Below are positions 25,727 through 39,700 of a stretch of 64,000 bases of DNA, one piece after another (the stretch's first letter is position 1; each line of letters starts with the position of its first letter). Below the pieces are notes generated by a model. That model did no database searches. It worked only from the letters and a program-made list of their open reading frames with translations, and was not told the origin of the DNA. A program made the translations under genes and the position numbers. The DNA comes from Squalus acanthias. Lineage: Eukaryota. The stretch lies in assembly GCA_030390025.1 (NCBI GenBank), contig CM059431.1, forward strand, positions 113,710,001-113,774,000, given 5' to 3'.

Positions 25727-25769
25727 GATATAAATATAAGTTGTTGCTACGGTGCTGGAATTATTATCC

Positions 25770-26110
25770 TATTTTTTTTTCCTCCTGCAGTCGATGACTC
25801 TTGTTGGTCTGTGGTTCCATGGACCTTAGCTGCTTTTGGGTACCTCACCCAAAATGGATATTCTTGACGTGTGGGTCGATACAATGGGAATCAGCAGGCT
25901 ATGAGACCGTCGAGGGGCACTTTCCAATGCAAGTCAGTGAATAGCCACAAGGAGCAGCAACTCTTGCTGATCTGCTTTCCACCTGTGGCCCAGTAACATT
26001 GAGACCAATTGTGTAGCTACTGCTGCAGTCACAGGCGAAATCGTCTAACTCAGCGCAAACCAGAGACAGAACCAGGGATTTTCCTGGTTTGTAGGCCTCA
26101 ATTCCTCATG
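25770..26110 (-). mobile_element. SINE family S2, decayed
   Basis: CTAACTCAGCGCAAACCAG core, collinear with the 24740 copy. Confidence 0.55.
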
Positions 26111-27102
26111 ATGCACCAACTATGTTATTGAAGACTCTTTTTATTAAGTTATTTTAAAAAGAATTGTGACAGTGCAGCACTTCAGAATTGTTAATTTATT
26201 AGGATTATTTTATCACAATGTGAACACCAGGTCATTGACCTCATTGATTAACTATCAGTATTAAACTCTTTTTTTCTCACCTACCTCTATTGTGACATGA
26301 GACATGTAGTAATATAGATCTTTCATTTACTGTGCCATTGTTTTGACATGGTTCAGCGACCACCTAAATAGGTTTTAAGTGTACTCATTTAAAAAGTGGG
26401 CTGTTCCATCCACGTTAAAAATAGATCTTTCTCTCAGATCTTCAGAAAATTTACAGAATCATTCTGCTGAATTAAATTAATCTTGAGCAAGGTAGAATCC
26501 CTGTAGATATAATTGAGCTGCAGCTGTTTGAATTTATGTGGACTTCAGGTCAAAGCAACATAATCAATATGCAGATCATACATCTCTTTGACAGAGATGA
26601 TAATGCAACTCAAAGCTTGGTATATTTCAAACCATCTCTTTGGATTGAGAGATCTGAAAGAATACTTCACCTATGGATTATATTTTCTTTGAAAAAAAAA
26701 ACTCTTTCTTTTTAATAAGTGGTAGAAAAGGTCAGTTTTGACGCTGTATTAATGTGTAAAGAGATTTAAAGATTGAATTTAAAACCACAGTACTCATATT
26801 TAAAGTTTACAGAGGACACAGTTACTGCTGTTATCACCACAGCCCACTAATCAGTTGTTATTCTGTACATTTCTTCACAAAGTTTAGGTTACTTTTTAAA
26901 TTAAACCCCTTTGAGGAATAATAAATGTTTTCAACTTTTTAAATGCATGTTGTTTATTTTCATAGACCACTTATTAAAATGACTCTGTTTACATTTCTGA
27001 AAGAGAATATTATAGAGCAGAATAGAGACCTAACAAAACCAAATCATGGCTCTTTAAGTTAGAATATTCTTGGCAAAAGCCTTTTTACATTTTAAATACT
27101 AA

Positions 27103-27972
27103 GGCCGTGATTTTGCAAATGGATGCGGCTTGGGTCAGCTGGTTTCCGGGTTCCAGTCCCACCCCCAACTGCATCCAGCCCACGGACGTTATTTTACATC
27201 GATTGGCCTTGTTAAGCCCGCCCTGCAGGCTTGCCGGCCAATTAAGAGAAAGCCGGTCAGATGACGTCATTTGATGATGCATCATCTGCTGGCTTTCTTA
27301 AAGGGGCCACGAACAATTGTTTTTTGACAGCTCATTTCTCAGTGTTTGACAGCATTGAGGTGCTGCAAACACTGACAATGACTGTTCACAGGTGAGCTCT
27401 TGCACCCAGGCTCTCCAATGACCCCCTTCATAGGCTAGAACAGATGGCAGCTGCAGGTGAGGTTACAGAAGCGATCTGTCACTGGTGAGAGAGGTTCTCC
27501 CGATGAGGTGGGACTAGACAGCCAATTCAAAACTTGTTACCTACAGAAAAGTGTAAATGCAATAAAAATGATTTTCTCAACATTTTCTTACTTCTGAAAC
27601 TCACCAGTGCACCATTGGATCCTTCACACCACTTCTGCAGCTGTCATCAATGCAGAAACATTACATCAGACTCACAACACGCCACACTTACCTGGCGTGG
27701 TGTCCGGGCATCGGGGAACCTGAGGCAGAAGTGGCAAAATTGAAAAAGAGCCTGTTAACAAGTATCAAGTACCTGTTAACAGCCAGGTAAGTGGCTATAA
27801 TCCTCTTCCCGCTGCTAGGTGTCGGGTCCATGCGCAAATTGGGGACCCAACACTTGGGAAGATTGATTGGAGGCGGATTGACAGAGGGTTTCCTACCCGC
27901 TGTCGATCTTTGCGATTTTGACAGCGGTCCCGCCTCCAATCCCGCACTCTGAAGACCGGCAAAATTCCGGCC
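27103..27972. mobile_element. Non-autonomous Harbinger-type element, shorter relative of 6929-8552
   Basis: TIRs GGCCGTGATTTT / AAAATTCCGGCC; flanks TAA and TTA; shared blocks GACGTCATTTGATGA and ACAGAAGCGATCTGTCA. Confidence 0.8.
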
Positions 27973-28086
27973 TTACATTTTTTGATTTTGGAATAAAGTA
28001 CAAAACTGCCCATTCTTGTGTAGAGTTCTTGTAATTATGTACAGAGAGTAAGTTCTGCACCAAGACTGTCTCACCAAGATTGTGTC

Positions 28087-28536
28087 AGCCGTGGCTCAGT
28101 TGGTAGCACCCTTGCCTCTGAGTCAGAAAGTTGTGGGTTCACAGTCCCACTCCAGAGACTTGAGTACAACAACCTAGGCTGATGCTCCAGTGCAGTACTG
28201 AGGGAGTGCTGCACTGTCGGAGGTGCCGTCTTTCGGATGAGACGTTAAACTGAGGCCCCATCAAAAGATCCCATGGCACTATTTTGAAGAAGAGCAGGGG
28301 AGTTATCCCCGGTGTCTTGACCAATATTTATCCCTCAATCAACATCACTAAAACAGATTATGTGGTCATTATTACATTGCTGTTTGTGGGAGCTTGCTGT
28401 GTGCAAATTGGCTGCTACGTTTCCTACATTACAACAGTGACTCCACTCAAAAAGTACTTCATTGGCTGTAAAGCGCTTTGGGACGTCCTGAGGTCGTGAA
28501 AGGCGCTATATAAATGAAAGTCTTTCTTTCTTTTTT
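28087..28536 (+). mobile_element. tRNA-derived Deu-domain SINE (SacSINE1/AmnSINE1-like)
   Basis: A box TGGCTCAGTTGG, B-box-like GGTTCA, Deu core GGAGGTGCCGTCTTTCGGATGAGACGTTAAAC, L2-like tail. Confidence 0.88.
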
Positions 28537-30214
28537 CTCTAACAAGCAGTTCTAACAATAGGTAACTGGCAGACACTGCCTCATAGCTATAATTTTGTTA
28601 TATCTTTGTTTCTACTTTTGTATTGACATAATGCTGTAGATGGTAAAGGGTACAGATAATTTAGTGTATTTGCTTATCCCAATTGAATTTTAGCTATCTC
28701 AAAGATAACTGAAATGGTGCACAGCAGGGACAGGTATCCGGTAATTGTGCCGCTTCAGCCATGATTTCCCAACTATTATGGATGAAAACTCATGGGCTGG
28801 GTGTGCACAATCTCTCACTCCAGGCAGGTGGCGGTTGCCTCAAAGCAGAAAATCTCCCTTTTATTGTACGCACAGTAATGCTTCCAAATCGGTTAGTGTA
28901 TTGCCTTCTTGAAGCGAAGTACCAAAATAACACCAGGCCTATAAAACTGAGGGATACTAACATAGAAATCTTTATTGTATTTGTCTGAACTTCTTCTCTC
29001 TAATTTAGCAGAGGCATTAGCCCATTTATTATCTATAAGTTGATTAATGTTTCCACTAACCTAACAGAGAGAAGAATTGCAGGCAACCATACTAAGCTTC
29101 CTTACGTTAGTATCCCACAGAGCAATCTCTGCACCGCAATGTATTAGTTACACTAGCTGGCATTAATTTGATGGTGTATAAGTCATACCCCCAATTTCTC
29201 TGGTCCTAGACATCTGCATAAAGGTGTGACTTATGCAACAAATGTTATGGTAAGTTTTTTTGTGTTACTACAATCTTGATTTAGAATCTTGAGTTCCAAA
29301 AGACATTGGTTTGTATCTGTAATAATGGAGTTTCTCAGTGTTGTATAGATAAGGTTTTATTAAAGAGAAGGTACTGAACAGAAGATCATTTCTGAATTCT
29401 TACTTTTCTTGCAATAAATCAGATAATTGTAATCATTTTGCACATTTCTAAATTCTGGTCTAACGTTCCTGTTATTTGGAAAGGCAAAAGACCTTTACGT
29501 TCATTTCTGAATATTAATGTCAATCAATGGTAGTTAAAATCAGTCAAAATACTGCTGGTTTAATTAAATTTTTGTGTGTTTTCATTTCCAATGTTTATTG
29601 ATTCCATCAAACAGTGCACACTTTAAAGCACACTGAATTCATTGTGAATTAGTGTAACCCATGCATACTATGCAAAACTCTTTCACTGTCTTCTTCTTTG
29701 TCCAAAAAAACTGTACCACATACATCACTGATCATTAATATAGGTCTAATCATACAAAGGTGTTGCATATCATGTACTACATGCATTACATAGACGTTAT
29801 CCAACACAAAAGAAAGAAGGGTGACAATAAGTTCCTTAAATAATTCTCATTTAACTCTTTGAGTACTGAATACCCATTGCAGCTTTCAACATTCCTGTAT
29901 CATATATCTACACAGGAGGGTTTTGTCTAAATTTTTAATACTAAGTATCATGAAGTTGCATTTCAGAAACAGAAGCCATAGAATATTTATTTATGTATTT
30001 ATTTATTAAAGATATTTATACAGGCTATCAAGCAGAGCAGCTTACAGAAGCCACAAAGTACAAAAGATAAAATGAATATAACGCAAATCAAATCAGTCCT
30101 TTCATTGACATGTCTAACTGTTTAGTTAACCACTAACACAGTCATTCCTTGGTGAAGTCTATTATAATAGTTGTGAATGGTCTGGGAACTGTGGAAATAA
30201 ATAAGAATAAGACT

Positions 30215-30365
30215 GCGATCGATAGATTTTTGTTAGATAAGGGTATCAAGGGATATGGAACTAAGGCGGGTAAATGGAGTGGAGTTACAGATCAGACGTA
30301 ATCTAATTGAATGGCGTAACAGGCTCGAGGGGCTGAATGGTCTACATCTGTTGATATGTTTCTAA
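30215..30365 (+). mobile_element. CR1 family A 3' end fragment
   Basis: ATAGATTTTTG..AAGGGTATCAAGGGATATGG..TTGAATGGCG..GGCTCGAGGGGCTGAATGG. Confidence 0.8.
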
Positions 30366-30379
30366 AAACCCCAATACGC

Positions 30380-30775
30380 AGTGGTTAAAGGCAGCATGTG
30401 AGCCAGACAGACGAAAAGATCACAGGTTTGATTCCTCGTCTGTCTGAGTTAGTTGATCTTAGTCTGTGCAGCAGTAAGAGCACTAGAATTGACTTCAGCA
30501 CCTTTGTGCTCGAGGAGGGAGAATCAGCCAGAGTTCTTGCTCCCATTTCGCTATCTAGTGCCTCTGAAGGAAAGCGCACTAAATAAATGTCAGATAAAAA
30601 TCAGACTGAGCTGTGATGAACCTCCCCACCCCTCCCCGACCTGTCAAACAACCTGCTAACACTCTCCGTCGACATTCACACATGAAGAATGGTCGCTTAG
30701 AAAAGGTACCCTTCCCGCTTCAAAATCTAATGCTTTGGAGAGGGGACGAGAGGAAAATTGGAAAGAATAAAATAA
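30380..30775 (+). mobile_element. SINE family S2
   Basis: GGTTTGATTCC B-box-like motif, CTGAGTTAGTTGATCT core, A-rich end. Confidence 0.6.
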
Positions 30776-32865
30776 ACAATTTCAATAGTTACCACATCAT
30801 CTGCCAGTGTACCAGTGCTATTTATCCACCAGATATCATGCCTAATAATCAAACATTCCCATATAACCCCTCTCCTTCCTGTCACCAAGTATGTTATAAA
30901 TGCAACAATGAGAGGTAACAGCTGCTTTTACGTAGAGGCAGATGGTAAATTTGAAAAGTTATTTTAATTTGTTTGTGTGTTTGAGTCATGCAGCTAAGTG
31001 CTCATGTGACCATTCAATGCTGTATTCCAAACTTCGCTAATCTACCAACCCTGACGACTGACATAAATTTGATGTAAACAACACTGAGAGCAAAAAACAG
31101 TGGGTTTGTTTCCAATATAACTTCACCTTGATAATCAGCCCAAGGTCAAAGTTCAACAGTAACTCAGAATGTACATATCATGTAAACCTGATGGTGAGTT
31201 CACCAAATCACTGCAAATGAGGCGTGGAACAGGAAAAAAATAAACAGGTGTATCCCATTAATCCATCAATCATTGGCCATTTTGTTTCTGTCATGAATGG
31301 GGTCAGATTAATAATGCGTAGCTCTATAACTGATTAGCGAAGGCTCCGTGAATTTAATGATTGATACCCAGGGCTTTCCTAAAAGTAGTCAGTAACCTCT
31401 GATAAAAGGCAAGCGCAGTTCATAGGACATAACAGGGAAAACTAAAACATTTAACACAATTAAAACTAAAAATGTTGATTAATAATGTGTGCTAACAAGC
31501 ATGTGATTATAATGTTATAAACAGACAATACTGTTGAGGCCTTTGAAATATGAAATTATTGCTACTTTTACCACAGCCTATAAATCATTCCTGTTTTCAT
31601 TGTTCGTGAGTTACCTAATCTAAATTATTGGTGAAAATATATATCCCTGCCCTCCATATCCTGTTATATTTCTTATTTTTTTTCACATTGATAAGATTGA
31701 GTTGTGTCCATATATTAGCATGGAGCAAACTGAGTAGATTCTCCCCTTATGTAAGAATGGGTCTTTATCATAGTTCATTTTTACCTTAAGCATATATAAA
31801 TTGCCTCTGCAGCTATCTCTTCTGCGATTTGCATGAATTGATCTTAACGAATTAGTTACTTTTATCTGTTAGTTAATTAGAAGCTACATCTGTGGTTTTA
31901 TTAATAGAATGAAGGTCTTCTCTCGTGCACAGTGGCACTTACCTGAGTTTCAAAAATGTTGGCTTTTTTCATTTTAGTTTCCTGCATGCAATTTCATATT
32001 ATTCCACTTACTTTATATTCCAGCTTTAGTTTCTCCCGTATCTTACTGTTTCAGCATTATCTTCAGACACTCCCAAATTGGAGTGAGACAAAATTAGCAC
32101 ATCATTATTATTATTAATAAATTCTGCATTAAAAAGTAAACTAAGTGAATGGGCCAAGACCCAAAGCGCAGGGCCCATTGAAAAGACGAGAGAAGATGAG
32201 GTAAATCAAGAAGTAGCAGATCGGTATCAGCAGGCTTGGGTTCTAAAGCCCATAGATTGTTGGAGGAAGAGAAGACAAAGGAAGATAAAAGTTCCACTAA
32301 GATAAAGAATTCGGGGGTGGGGGGGGAATGGACAACCAGCCAAGGAACTAAACAGGTGAAGAGAGGAAGTATGGGAGACCAGGTAAGTTTCAAAGAGTAA
32401 GATTAAAAGTTGATTAAGTCAAAAATTGTAGGTAAAAAAAAAATAGAAAAAGTAAGTAAGAATCTGGAAACTACACAAGGCAAGAATTCTTTGCAGTATT
32501 AGAATAGTAGGATTTTAAATAAAAACTGAAATCTTTATCCAGCTCAGGCATACACACCATACAATCCCAGGTTATATCCTTAATCTGTGATCTGTTATTT
32601 TAACTGAGACAGGGCAACAGTAAGCATGCTACAATTAGCCCCTGAGTTACAGGAGGGTAAATTCATCAAGGTCCCCATGCCTGATCGCAAATCCAGCGGC
32701 CTCTGCTGAAAGCCCACATGTGTGAGTGCCAGGGATGCCAGGATTGGATTTGGCGGGATAATCCACGCCAAATAGGCTGCCAACTCTTACCATAAAAGTT
32801 CACACTTGAATAAGATGCCAGAGCGTTCCAGGTGCCTGTGTAACCGTACTATGACTAAGAGTCAA

Positions 32866-33469
32866 AGGCGGAATTTTCAATTCTGCTAAGCCCACCTGAA
32901 GGCAGCAGCAGGAGGTGTGAACCATTTTCATGTTCGGATCTCAGCTGCATAATATCAATGAGCGCTGACAAGCAGCTCGCTAGTCTGGGATGGGCAGGGA
33001 TATGGCGGCTTCTCTGCAGAGCCAAGCCAAAAGTATGTGCTTAAAGTGGGGAGGAGGGAGTAGGCAATTCTGGGGGGATGGGCACTGAAGGATGGGCAGC
33101 GAGCCGGAAGATTTTTGTGAGGCCAAGAAGGGCATTCATGTTTCTCCTGACCCCACACAAATCATTTAGAAAACTTACTCATGCTATTTCCAGAAGAGCC
33201 TCGAGCAGTCCCTTTAAGGCTGCAGGTTAGGCTGCCCCACATCCGGTATCAATAAGCGGCACATCCACTATGCCCATTGATACCTAATGGTGTCATAGGT
33301 ATCCTACCACCCTATAGGACCGGGTGGGAGAGATAGCTGCCCAGGCCCAGGAAAGTCGAGTCGAGTGGGCTGCAGGCAGCCAGTGGGCAAGAGGTTTTTG
33401 TTTTACCATTTTCATCTTCCTATCACTTTTCACCATGAATGGGGCAATACGCAGATTAAAATTACCCCC
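32866..33469. mobile_element. Degraded Harbinger-type MITE
   Basis: Ends AGGCGGAATTTT / AAAATTACCCCC; TSD not preserved; shares a GCCAAGAAGGGCA..CTCCTGACCC-like block with the 34890 element. Confidence 0.45.
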
Positions 33470-33709
33470 AGTATCTTTAGGAGAGCAGCAGAGGAGACAA
33501 AAATTGAGAGAAAATTTGCAGTAAAAAAATGAAATCTATGGCATTTTTATATTGATGGTCTGCCATTGGCACCAGATGCACATTAATGCTGTTGCTAAAG
33601 TTACACTAGAATATAAAGAGAGTTAACTCTGTCACTCTGCTGGCAGTTCCGAACATATGTAAATGACAGACAAGAAAAGACTATTCGCCCCATATAGTTG
33701 TGATGCCTT

Positions 33710-34647
33710 ATCATAGAATCATAGAATGGTTACAGCACAGAGGAGGCCTTTTGGCCCGTTGAGCCCGTGCCGGCTCTCTGCAAGAACACTTCAGCTAGTC
33801 CCACTCCCCCGCCCTTTTCCCGTAGCCTTGCAAAATTTTTTCCTTCAGGTACTTATCCAATTCCCTTTTGAAAGTCACGATTGAAACTGCCTCCACCACC
33901 CTCTCAGGCAGTGCATTCCAGATCATAACCACTTGCTGCGTAAAAAAGTTTTTCCTCATGTCGCCTTTGGTTCTCAACCCTTCCGCCAATGGGAACAGTT
34001 TCTCTCTATCTACTCTGTCTGGACCCCTCATGATTTTGAACACCTGGATCAAATCTCCTCTCAACCTTCTCTGCTCAAAGGAGAACAACCCCAGCTTCTC
34101 CAGTCTATCCACGTAACTGAAGTCCCTCATCCCTGGAACCATTCTGATAAATGATTTCTGCACCCTCTCTAAGGTCTTCACATCCTTCCTAAAGTGCGGT
34201 GCCCAGAACTGGACACAATACTCCAGCTGAGGTCAGACCAGTGTTTTATAAAGGTTCATCATAACTTCCTTGCTTTTGCACTCTATGCCTCTATTTATGA
34301 AGCCCAGGATCCCGTATGCTTTTTTAATGGCTTTCTCAACCTGCCCTGCCACCTTCAATGATTTGTGCACATATACTCCCAGGTTTCTCTGTTCATGCAC
34401 TCCCTTTTGAATTGTACCCTTTAGATTATATTGCCTCTGCTCGTTCTTCCTACCAAAATATATCACTTCACACTTTTCTGCGTTAAATTTCATCTGCAAC
34501 TTGTCCGCCTATTCCACCAGCCTGTATATGTCCTCTTGAAGTCTATCACTATCCTCTTCACTGTGCACTATACTTCCAAGTTTTGTGTCATCTGCAAATT
34601 TTGAAATTGGGCCCTGTACACCCACGTCCAAGTCATTAATATAAATC
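33710..34647 (-). mobile_element. CR1 LINE, 5'-truncated
   Basis: MKFNAEKCEV and RRLRGDLIQVFKIM; tail ATAGAATC repeats. Confidence 0.92.
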
Positions 34648-34889
34648 AATAATATATATATTATGCACTACAGTACATACAACTCCGTATTTGGCCTTCA
34701 TTGGTACCAAAAGGGGTCAGCAGCACAGTGATAAATGCAAAAAGTACTGGATCAAGCAGATCTCCGCTTGAGTGTCATTCTCCTGGTGCCCAACATCAGT
34801 ATAAATACACTTCATTGGTTTACTTATGTAGCCCTTAAAGGACTGGATTTTATCTCACTGTGTGCCAATGAATTTTACAAAACTATGAT

Positions 34890-35477
34890 CCTCAGAAAAA
34901 ACGGGTTTCTTGACTGTACCTTTAAGTGGGGTTCCCGCCCACAGACAGCCTGATTGACAGGCTGGAGGTCTTTCTGGCGGGAAGCCTGCTTCACAAGCCG
35001 ATGGGAGCAAGTAGGTGTAATTGGGGAGTGAAAGAAATTGTGTGTGGTGGTGAGGGGGGAGTCCGGATCGCGGGGGGTCCGAATCACGGGGGGAGTCCAG
35101 ATAGCAGTGGTGAATCCGATGGTGATCTGGGGGGAGGGTCCCGATTGTGTGGGGGTAGGGTTGTTTAATGGTACTCTGGGGGTCCTGATTGTGGGGGGGG
35201 GAGGGGCGGATGGCGGTTGGGGAGGGCAGATGGTGATCAGTGGGGAAGCAGACAGATTGCCGGGGGTGGGGTGGGGGGGATTACTGCGTAGCTTGCTGGG
35301 CCTAGAGGAAACACTCCTGCTCCTCCTGGCCCAAAAGCAGTCCTGTAAAGGCACTTACCTTGTGGATTCAGCCCATCTCACCTCCTTTAAGCTGCTGGGT
35401 TTCTCGAGGCCTGGGAAACCTGGCCACCTGTGGTTAAAAATAGAAGGCAGGCAGCCTCATTATAATATTTAAATAAC
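34890..35477. mobile_element. GC-rich non-autonomous DNA element fragment, cut by CR1 (probably resumes at 37076-37130)
   Basis: G-rich interior, CAGCCTGATTGACAGGCTG hairpin; a non-CR1 55-bp spacer lies between the two flanking CR1 copies. Confidence 0.45.
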
Positions 35478-37075
35478 CATAGAAACATAGAAAAATAGAA
35501 GCAGGAGTAGGCCATTCGGCCCTTCGAGCCTGCTCCGCCATCCAATATGATCATGGCTGATCCTCTATCTCAATACCATATTCCCGCTCTCTCCCCATAC
35601 CCCTTTGACGCCTTTTGCGTCTAGAAATCTATCTATCTCTTTCTTAAATATATTCAGTGACTTGGCCTCCACAGCCTTCTGTGGTAGAGAATTCCACAGG
35701 TTCACCACCCTCTGAGTGAAGAAATTTCTCCTCATCTCAGTCCTAAATGTCCTACCCCATATCCTGAGACTGTGACCCCTCGTTCTAGAGTCCCTAGCCA
35801 GGGGAAACATCCTCCCTGCATCCAGTCTGTCTAGCCCTGTCAGAATTTTATACGTTTCAATGAGATCCCCTGTCATTCTTCTAAACTCTAGTGAATACAG
35901 GCCTAGTCGACCCAATCTCTCCTCATACAACAGTCCTGCCATCCCAGGAATCAGTCTGGAGAACCTTCGCTGCACTCCCTCTATGGCAAGTATATCCTTT
36001 CTTAGGTAAGGAGTCAAAAACTGCACACAGTACTCCAGCTGTTGTCTCACCAAGGCCCTGTATAACTGTAGTAAGACATCCTTGCTCCTGTACTCAAATC
36101 CTCTTGCAATGAAGGCCAACATACCATTTGTCTTCCTAACTGCTTGCTGCACCTGCATGTTTGCTTTCGGTGACTGGTGTACAAGGACACTCAGGTCCCT
36201 TTGTACATCTACATTTCCCAATCTATCACCATTTAAATAATACTCGGCCTTGCTGTTTTTCCTACCGAAGTGGATAACTTCACATTTATCCACATTATAC
36301 TGCATCTGCCATGTATTTGCCCTTTCACTCAACTTGTCTAAATCGCCTTGAAGCCTCTTTGCATCCTCCTCACAACTCACAATCCCACCTAGTTTTGTGT
36401 CATCAGCAAACTTGAAAATCATTGATATATATTGTGAATAGCTGGGGCCCAAGCACTGATCCCTGCGGTACCCCACTAGTCACCGCCTGCCACCCCAAAA
36501 AAGACCTATTTATTCCTACTCTCTGTTTCCTGTCTGTTAACCAATTTTCAATCCATGCCAGTATATTACCCCCAATCCCATGTGCTTTAATTTTGCACAC
36601 TAACCTCTTCTGTGGGACTTTATCAAAGGCCTTCTGAAAATCCAAATACACCACATCCACTGGTTCTCCCTTATCTATTCTACCAGTTACATCCTCAAAA
36701 AACTGCAGTAGGTTTGTCAAACACGATTTCCCTTTCACAAATCCATGTTGACTTTGCCTAATCCCGTTGATATTTTCTAAGTGTCCTGTTATCACATCCT
36801 TTATAATAGACTCTAGCATTTCCCCTACTATTGATGTTAGGCTAACCTGTCTGTAGTTCCCTGTTTTCTCTCTCCCTCCTTTTTTAAATAGTGGGGTTAC
36901 ATTTGCCACCCTCCAATCTGCAGGAACTGTTCCATAATCTATAGAATTTTGGAAGATAACAACTAATGCATCCACTATTTCCATGACTACCTCTTTTAGT
37001 ACTCAGGGATGCAGATTATCAAGCCCTGGGGATTTATCAGCTTTCATTCCCATTAATTTCTCCAGCATTATTTTC
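35478..37075 (-). mobile_element. CR1 family A LINE, 5'-truncated
   Basis: RT motifs in ORFs 36403-36984 and 35565-36476; tail CATAGAAA repeats. Confidence 0.95.
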
Positions 37076-37130
37076 TTCCAGCGAGCGGATTGGTCACCCG
37101 CCCCTTGTCTGGCCTTTGTTAAAACCGGAA

Positions 37131-38483
37131 ACCAGATCCCTCTGTACCGCAGCATTTTGTAGTCTCTCTCCATTTAAATAATAATTTGCTTTTTTATTCT
37201 TCCTACCAAAATGGATAACCTCACATTTTCCCACATTATACTCCATCTGCCAAATTTGTGCCCACTCACTTAACCTATCTAAATCCCTTTGCAGATTCTT
37301 TGTGTCCTCCTCACAACTTGCTTTCCAACCTATCTTTTTATCATCCGCAAATTTGGCTACATTACACTCGGTCTCTTCATCCAAGTCATTAATATAGATT
37401 GTAAATAGTTGAGGCCCTAGCACTGATCCCTGTGGCACCCCACTAGTTACAGTTTGCCAATCTGAAATTGACCCATTTATCCCGACTCTCTGTTTTCTGT
37501 TAGTTAGCCAATCCTCTATCCATGCTAATATATTACCCCCAACCCCGTGAGCTCTTATCTTGTGCAGTAACCTTTTATGTGGCACCTTATCGAATGCCTT
37601 CTGGAAATCCAAATACACTACATCTACTGGTTCCCCTTTATCCACCCTACTCGTTACATCCTCAAAGAACACTAGCAAATTTGTCAAACATGATTTCCCT
37701 TTCATAAAACCATGCTGACTCTGCTTGATTGTATTATGATTTTCTAAATGTCCTGCTATTACTTCCTTATTAATGGATTCCAGCATTTTCCCAATGACAG
37801 ATGTTAAGCTAACTGGTCTATAGTTTCCTGCTTTCTGTCTCCCTCCTTTCTTGAATAGGGGCGTTACATTTGCGGTTTTCCAATCCGCTGGGACCTCTCC
37901 AGAATCCAGGGAATTTTGTAGATTACAACCAATGCATCCACTATCTCTGCAGCCACTTCTTTTAAGACCCTAGGATGCAGGCCATCAGGTCCAGGGGACT
38001 TGTCTACCTTTAGTCCCATAAGTTTGCCTAGGACTTTTTCTCTAGTGATAGTGAATGTTTTAAGTTCCTCCCTCCCTATAGCCCCTTTATTATCTATTAT
38101 TATTGGGATGCTTTAAGTGTCTTCTACCATGAAGACCAATACAAAATATTTGTTCAAAGCCTCTGCCATTTCCCTGTTTCCCATTACTAATTCCCCAGTC
38201 TCATCCTCTAAGGGACCAACATTTACTTTAGCTACTCACTTCCTTTTTATATACCTGTAGAAGCTCTTACTGTCTTTTTTTTATATTTCTTGCTAGTTTA
38301 CTCTTATAATCTATCTTCTCCCTCTTTATTATTTTTTTAGTCATCCTTTGCTGGTTTCTAAAAATTTCCCAATCCTCTGGCCTACCACTAATCTTCACAA
38401 CATTGTATGCCTTTGTTTTCAATTTGATACCATCCTTAACTTCCTTAGTTAGCCATGGATGGTTCATCCTTCTCTTAGAGTCA
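37131..38483 (-). mobile_element. CR1 family A internal fragment
   Basis: HPWLTKEVK, QHGFMKGKSCLTNL, GVPQGSVLGP, FADD. Confidence 0.92.
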
Positions 38484-38494
38484 CTGGAATAGTC

Positions 38495-39700
38495 GGGCTC
38501 AGTCCTCAGCATATAAAAATATTTGAGTGTGAAAACACTTTAGAGAGGTCATTTAACATAACAAAGGTGGATGTAAAGACAGACCATTGAGGGATTCCAA
38601 TAAAATCTATGCAGAAATCAGACAAGGTATTTTAGATGCAGACCTTGATGTCTGTTTCTTGCTATGAGTGAAATAATGGTGCGAACATGTCAAACTAACC
38701 GAGCCCCTTCAGTCTGTTATGTAAAGTGTTGTCATTTACTCTATCAAAAGCTTTCTTAAGCTCCATAAGCAGAGTGCCACATATTTTCAATACCATTCCT
38801 AATTTGGTTAAGGAACTCAAGTAAACTGCGGAGGGAGAATGTTCAGGACAGAATCCTGGTTGGTGTTCATCAATTAATCAATGATTCATTAGGTAATCAT
38901 AGAGTTGTTGATCCACAGCTTTCAATACCTTTGATGGAAGAGACAAGCAATGTCCTGGTGTGTAGTTTCCATAGATTGCTTAGGAATCTGCGACTATTGT
39001 GGTAACTCGTTGGCAGCTTTCTAAACCAAAGGAAATGAGGCTGTAGTAAAGACAGGTTATGGTGTATAGTATAGCCTTATTACAATGTAGCTATTGGGAT
39101 ACTGCCAAATAGCACATTATAATGATGATAAGGCATATGAAGACCTCATTAACTGCTACACAATGATGGAATATAGCAATCCTGTTTATCAGGCTTTACG
39201 GGAAAGTCATCCTTGTTCCTGGACTCAATACATTCCAGCATCATTAAATTCATTTGACTCGATAAGGTTACCCTACTCCAAGCTAGTGCTCATCCTCGAC
39301 AACACCACAGAGATGTAGCCAGGCTGCCTGTCTTCTACAAGATCAGACTAGAACAGCAGCATAAGTCAATGCATAAACCAGGTCTCTACCCTTATGCCAT
39401 GCATGCTAGAGCTGTTGTCGCTGCATCTCAAACTTGAGTAAATCCATTAAATCTATACGGAATAAACAGCTTTACCTACTTCTGCTCTTGTCTCTGAAAC
39501 TCTGTGGGAATGCTACCTGGAACTCTGTCATTAATTTGCAGAAGTTCTCAAAGAGCAGACAACCTTTTGTTTCATCAGTGTTATTGGAGCAGCCTTTAGG
39601 CCATGGAAATTCCCTGTTCACGTTCTTGGCAACCTGGCTTACATTTATCCAAGCTTTTATGCTTTCAACAACCATCCAGCTTAATATTGTGAAACATCAA
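38495..39700 (-). mobile_element. Ancient decayed LINE RT (L2/Crack-like, clade uncertain)
   Basis: Manual translation across frameshifts gives SKVLKAVDQQLYDYL..HQPGF..KAFDRVN..GIPQWSV..NDL..YAED; upstream limit uncertain. Confidence 0.65.

Noticed and set aside
28087..28160. tRNA-like sequences here and at 43258-43356, 57050-57123, 58011 and 58900-58969
   Set aside because: Heads of SINEs or the LINE, continuous with repeat bodies; no full cloverleaf seen
22420..32045. Further possible minus-strand exons near 22570-22638, 23311-23376, 26582-26653, 28870-28938 and 31943-31981
   Set aside because: Weak splice sites and several alternative frames; cannot be chained unambiguously without RNA data
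34875..35472. Pro-rich and Gly-rich ORFs on both strands
   Set aside because: Artefacts of the G-rich interior of a non-autonomous element
39472..39680. Exon-like minus-strand ORF (WINVSQVAKNVNREFPWPKG...)
   Set aside because: Lies directly upstream of, and on the same strand as, the decayed LINE RT at 38495-39300; probably part of that element
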